Assembly: GCA_024277255.1 (NCBI GenBank)
Contig: JAJRVQ010000117.1
Span: forward strand, 31,171 to 95,170
Source: Acidobacteriota bacterium
GTDB taxonomy: Bacteria; Acidobacteriota; Thermoanaerobaculia; Multivoradales; SZUA-115
Length of the DNA stretch: 64,000 nt
Reading direction: 5' to 3'
The notes under the pieces are model-generated. The model worked only from the letters and a program-made list of their open reading frames with translations, was not told the DNA's origin and ran no database searches. A program made the translations under genes and the position numbers. Position 1 is the stretch's first letter, and every line of letters begins with the position of its first letter. This document shows, piece after piece, positions 61,213 through 64,000 of this stretch.

Positions 61213-62292
61213 TCATCCGTGCTCCGAGATGTTGAGCAGAATGCCGCCCATGGTCATCGCCATGAGCAGGGACGATCCACCGTAGGAGATAAACGGCAGC
61301 GGCACGCCGGTGGTCGGCAGCAAGGAGGTGGCGACACCGACGTTGAGCAGCGCCTGGACCACCAGCAGCAGGGTGAAGCCGAAGGCCAGATGGCGTCCGA
61401 AGAGGTCGGGAGCCCGCAAGCCGGCGCGCAGGCCGCGCCACAGCAGCAGCGAGAAGCCGAGCAGAACCGCCAGGCCTCCCAGCAGGCCGAGTTCCTCGGC
61501 GACGATCGAGAAAACGAAATCGGACTCGGACTGCGGTAGGTAGTAGAGTTTCTGCACGCTCTGCCCCGGGCCGAGGCCGAAAATGCCGCCGGAGCCGATG
61601 GCGATCAGCGATTGCAGAGCCTGGTAGCCGTGACCGAGCGGGTCGGCCTCGGGATCGAGGAAGGAGAGCAACCGCGCTCGCCGATAGTCGGCCGACAGCG
61701 CCAGGAAGGCGGCGATGGGGACCAGCACGACGGCGGCCAGGGTTACCCAGCGCAGCTTGAGGCCGGCCAGAAACAACATCGTGGCGGCGATGCCGACGAG
61801 CAGGACGGCGGTGCCCTGGTCGGGCTCGACGATCACCAGCATGGCGGTCAGGCCGAGAGCGAAGAGCACCGGCACCAGCAGCTCAAGGCGGTTGACCGCG
61901 CCCTCTTTGCGGTCGATCTGGTAGGCGATGAAGGGGATGAGCGCCAGCTTCGCCACCTCGGAGGCCTGTAGCGAGAGGGGGCCGAGCAAGATCCACCGCC
62001 GAGACTGGTTGAGGCTCGGCTGGAAGAGCACGGCGACCAGCAGTCCGAGAGCGCCGAGCAGCAGCGAGTAGACGACCAGCGGCTTGCGCAGAATCTGATA
62101 GGGCACATGCATGGCGATGGCCAAGGCGATGAAGCCCAAGCCGGCGGCCAAAGCCTGGCGCATTAGCAGCATGTCGTTCACCGCGGTGCGCGAGCGCGGC
62201 GCGCTGACCGAATAGACCATCACCAGCCCGAAGACGACCAGGGCGACCAGGGTGGTGAAGAGGAGCTTGTCGAAGGCTCGTTTCTTAGCCAT
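61213..62292 (-). CDS. ftsW: SEDS-family peptidoglycan polymerase FtsW
   Basis: 10-TM SEDS profile, …GLLPTTGVPLPFISYGGSSLL C-terminal motif. Position in the dcw cluster. Confidence 0.8.
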   Translation of the reverse strand: MAKKRAFDKLLFTTLVALVVFGLVMVYSVSAPRSRTAVNDMLLMRQALAAGLGFIALAIAMHVPYQILRKPLVVYSLLLGALGLLVAVLFQPSLNQSRRWILLGPLSLQASEVAKLALIPFIAYQIDRKEGAVNRLELLVPVLFALGLTAMLVIVEPDQGTAVLLVGIAATMLFLAGLKLRWVTLAAVVLVPIAAFLALSADYRRARLLSFLDPEADPLGHGYQALQSLIAIGSGGIFGLGPGQSVQKLYYLPQSESDFVFSIVAEELGLLGGLAVLLGFSLLLWRGLRAGLRAPDLFGRHLAFGFTLLLVVQALLNVGVATSLLPTTGVPLPFISYGGSSLLMAMTMGGILLNISEHG

Positions 62293-62349
62293 GACGCACC
62301 TCCGCCGCTGCCTCTACAGCCGCCGTCGCCGCCCTTGTGGTCAGCCTTC

Positions 62350-63435
<1,086 letters not shown>

Positions 63436-64000
63436 CTAGGAGAGTCCTCCCGCGCTCGCTGCGAGTTCGCCGGCTCGTTCAAGTAGCGCCTCCACCGCGG
63501 TCTCGAGTCCGATGGCGCGCGAGCCCTTGACCAGCACCAAGTCACCCGGTCGCAGCTGGTCGACGGCCCAGTCGGTGGCGTTGCCGGCGGTCGCGAAGTG
63601 GAAGCAGTCGCTCGCCTCGGCTCCTGCTTCTCTGGCGCCGTCGAGCAACGCTTCGCTCAGTGGGCCGACGGCGACGAGTGGAGCGAAAGCGAGCTGTGTC
63701 GCCAACACTCCGCAGTGGCGATGCAGCGCCGGCGCTTGCCGTCCCAGTTCGAGCATGTCGCCGAGGATCGCCCAGTGGCGCGGGGCGCCGATTTGGGCGG
63801 CCAGCTCGGCAGCGCTGTTGAGTGCCAGCTCCAGTGCCTGCGGGTTCGAGTTGTAGGAATCGTCGATCAGCGTCACGCCGCCGACCTGCCGGTGGACGAT
63901 TCCCCGGCCGCTTGGAGCCTCGGCGCCAAGGACGGCGCGGGCGATCTCACTCGGGCTGACCCCGAGTGCCCAGGCGGCGGCCGCCGCGGCCAGGCAGTTG
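63436..64000 (-). CDS. murF: UDP-MurNAc-tripeptide--D-alanyl-D-alanine ligase, 3' part (gene continues beyond window end)
   Basis: IDDSYNSNP and downstream GDMLELG are MurF C-terminal motifs. Frame is open to nt 64000. Confidence 0.7.
   Translation of the reverse strand, partial: NCLAAAAAAWALGVSPSEIARAVLGAEAPSGRGIVHRQVGGVTLIDDSYNSNPQALELALNSAAELAAQIGAPRHWAILGDMLELGRQAPALHRHCGVLATQLAFAPLVAVGPLSEALLDGAREAGAEASDCFHFATAGNATDWAVDQLRPGDLVLVKGSRAIGLETAVEALLERAGELAASAGGLS

Overview
High-GC (~68%) bacterial chromosomal segment. GWxTD-domain proteins suggest Acidobacteriota or a related lineage (inference). The 3' third is a conserved division/cell-wall (dcw) cluster on the minus strand (murF partial, mraY, ftsW, murG, murC, ftsQ, ftsA, ftsZ), but with no murD, murB or ddl. 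The rest mixes housekeeping genes (maf, a TrmH-family methyltransferase, ApgM-type phosphoglycerate mutase, a 5'-nucleotidase lipoprotein) with a large set of envelope and signalling genes. These include two ECF sigma/anti-sigma modules, two Ser/Thr kinases, a sigma54 activator, a four-gene ABC exporter, M48 and M14 peptidases, an L,D-transpeptidase and a LysM protein. Accessory content includes an arsR-arsI-acr3 arsenic cluster with rarD bracketed by two vapBC toxin-antitoxin pairs, a DUF3800 islet, and a TPP riboswitch in front of a truncated thiC. The most interesting signals are these. (1) Three otherwise intact genes carry an in-frame TAA/TAG where a sense codon is expected: ftsA at a conserved Tyr, an ECF sigma factor in region 2.1, and the junction between an SPFH gene and the next gene, which has no start codon. 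(2) A low-GC (~50%) two-gene cassette encodes a large secreted protein with a 10-Cys C-terminal module plus a translationally coupled lipoprotein. (3) A second low-GC islet carries a Cys/Gly-rich secreted protein and a DUF3800 gene, flanked by a diverged ~95-bp gene-end relic. (4) A five-gene minus-strand operon combines a coiled-coil protein, an SPFH protein with a C-terminal zinc ribbon (COG4260-like), and three paralogous N-terminal zinc-ribbon proteins. No CRISPR array, rRNA or tRNA was recognised.
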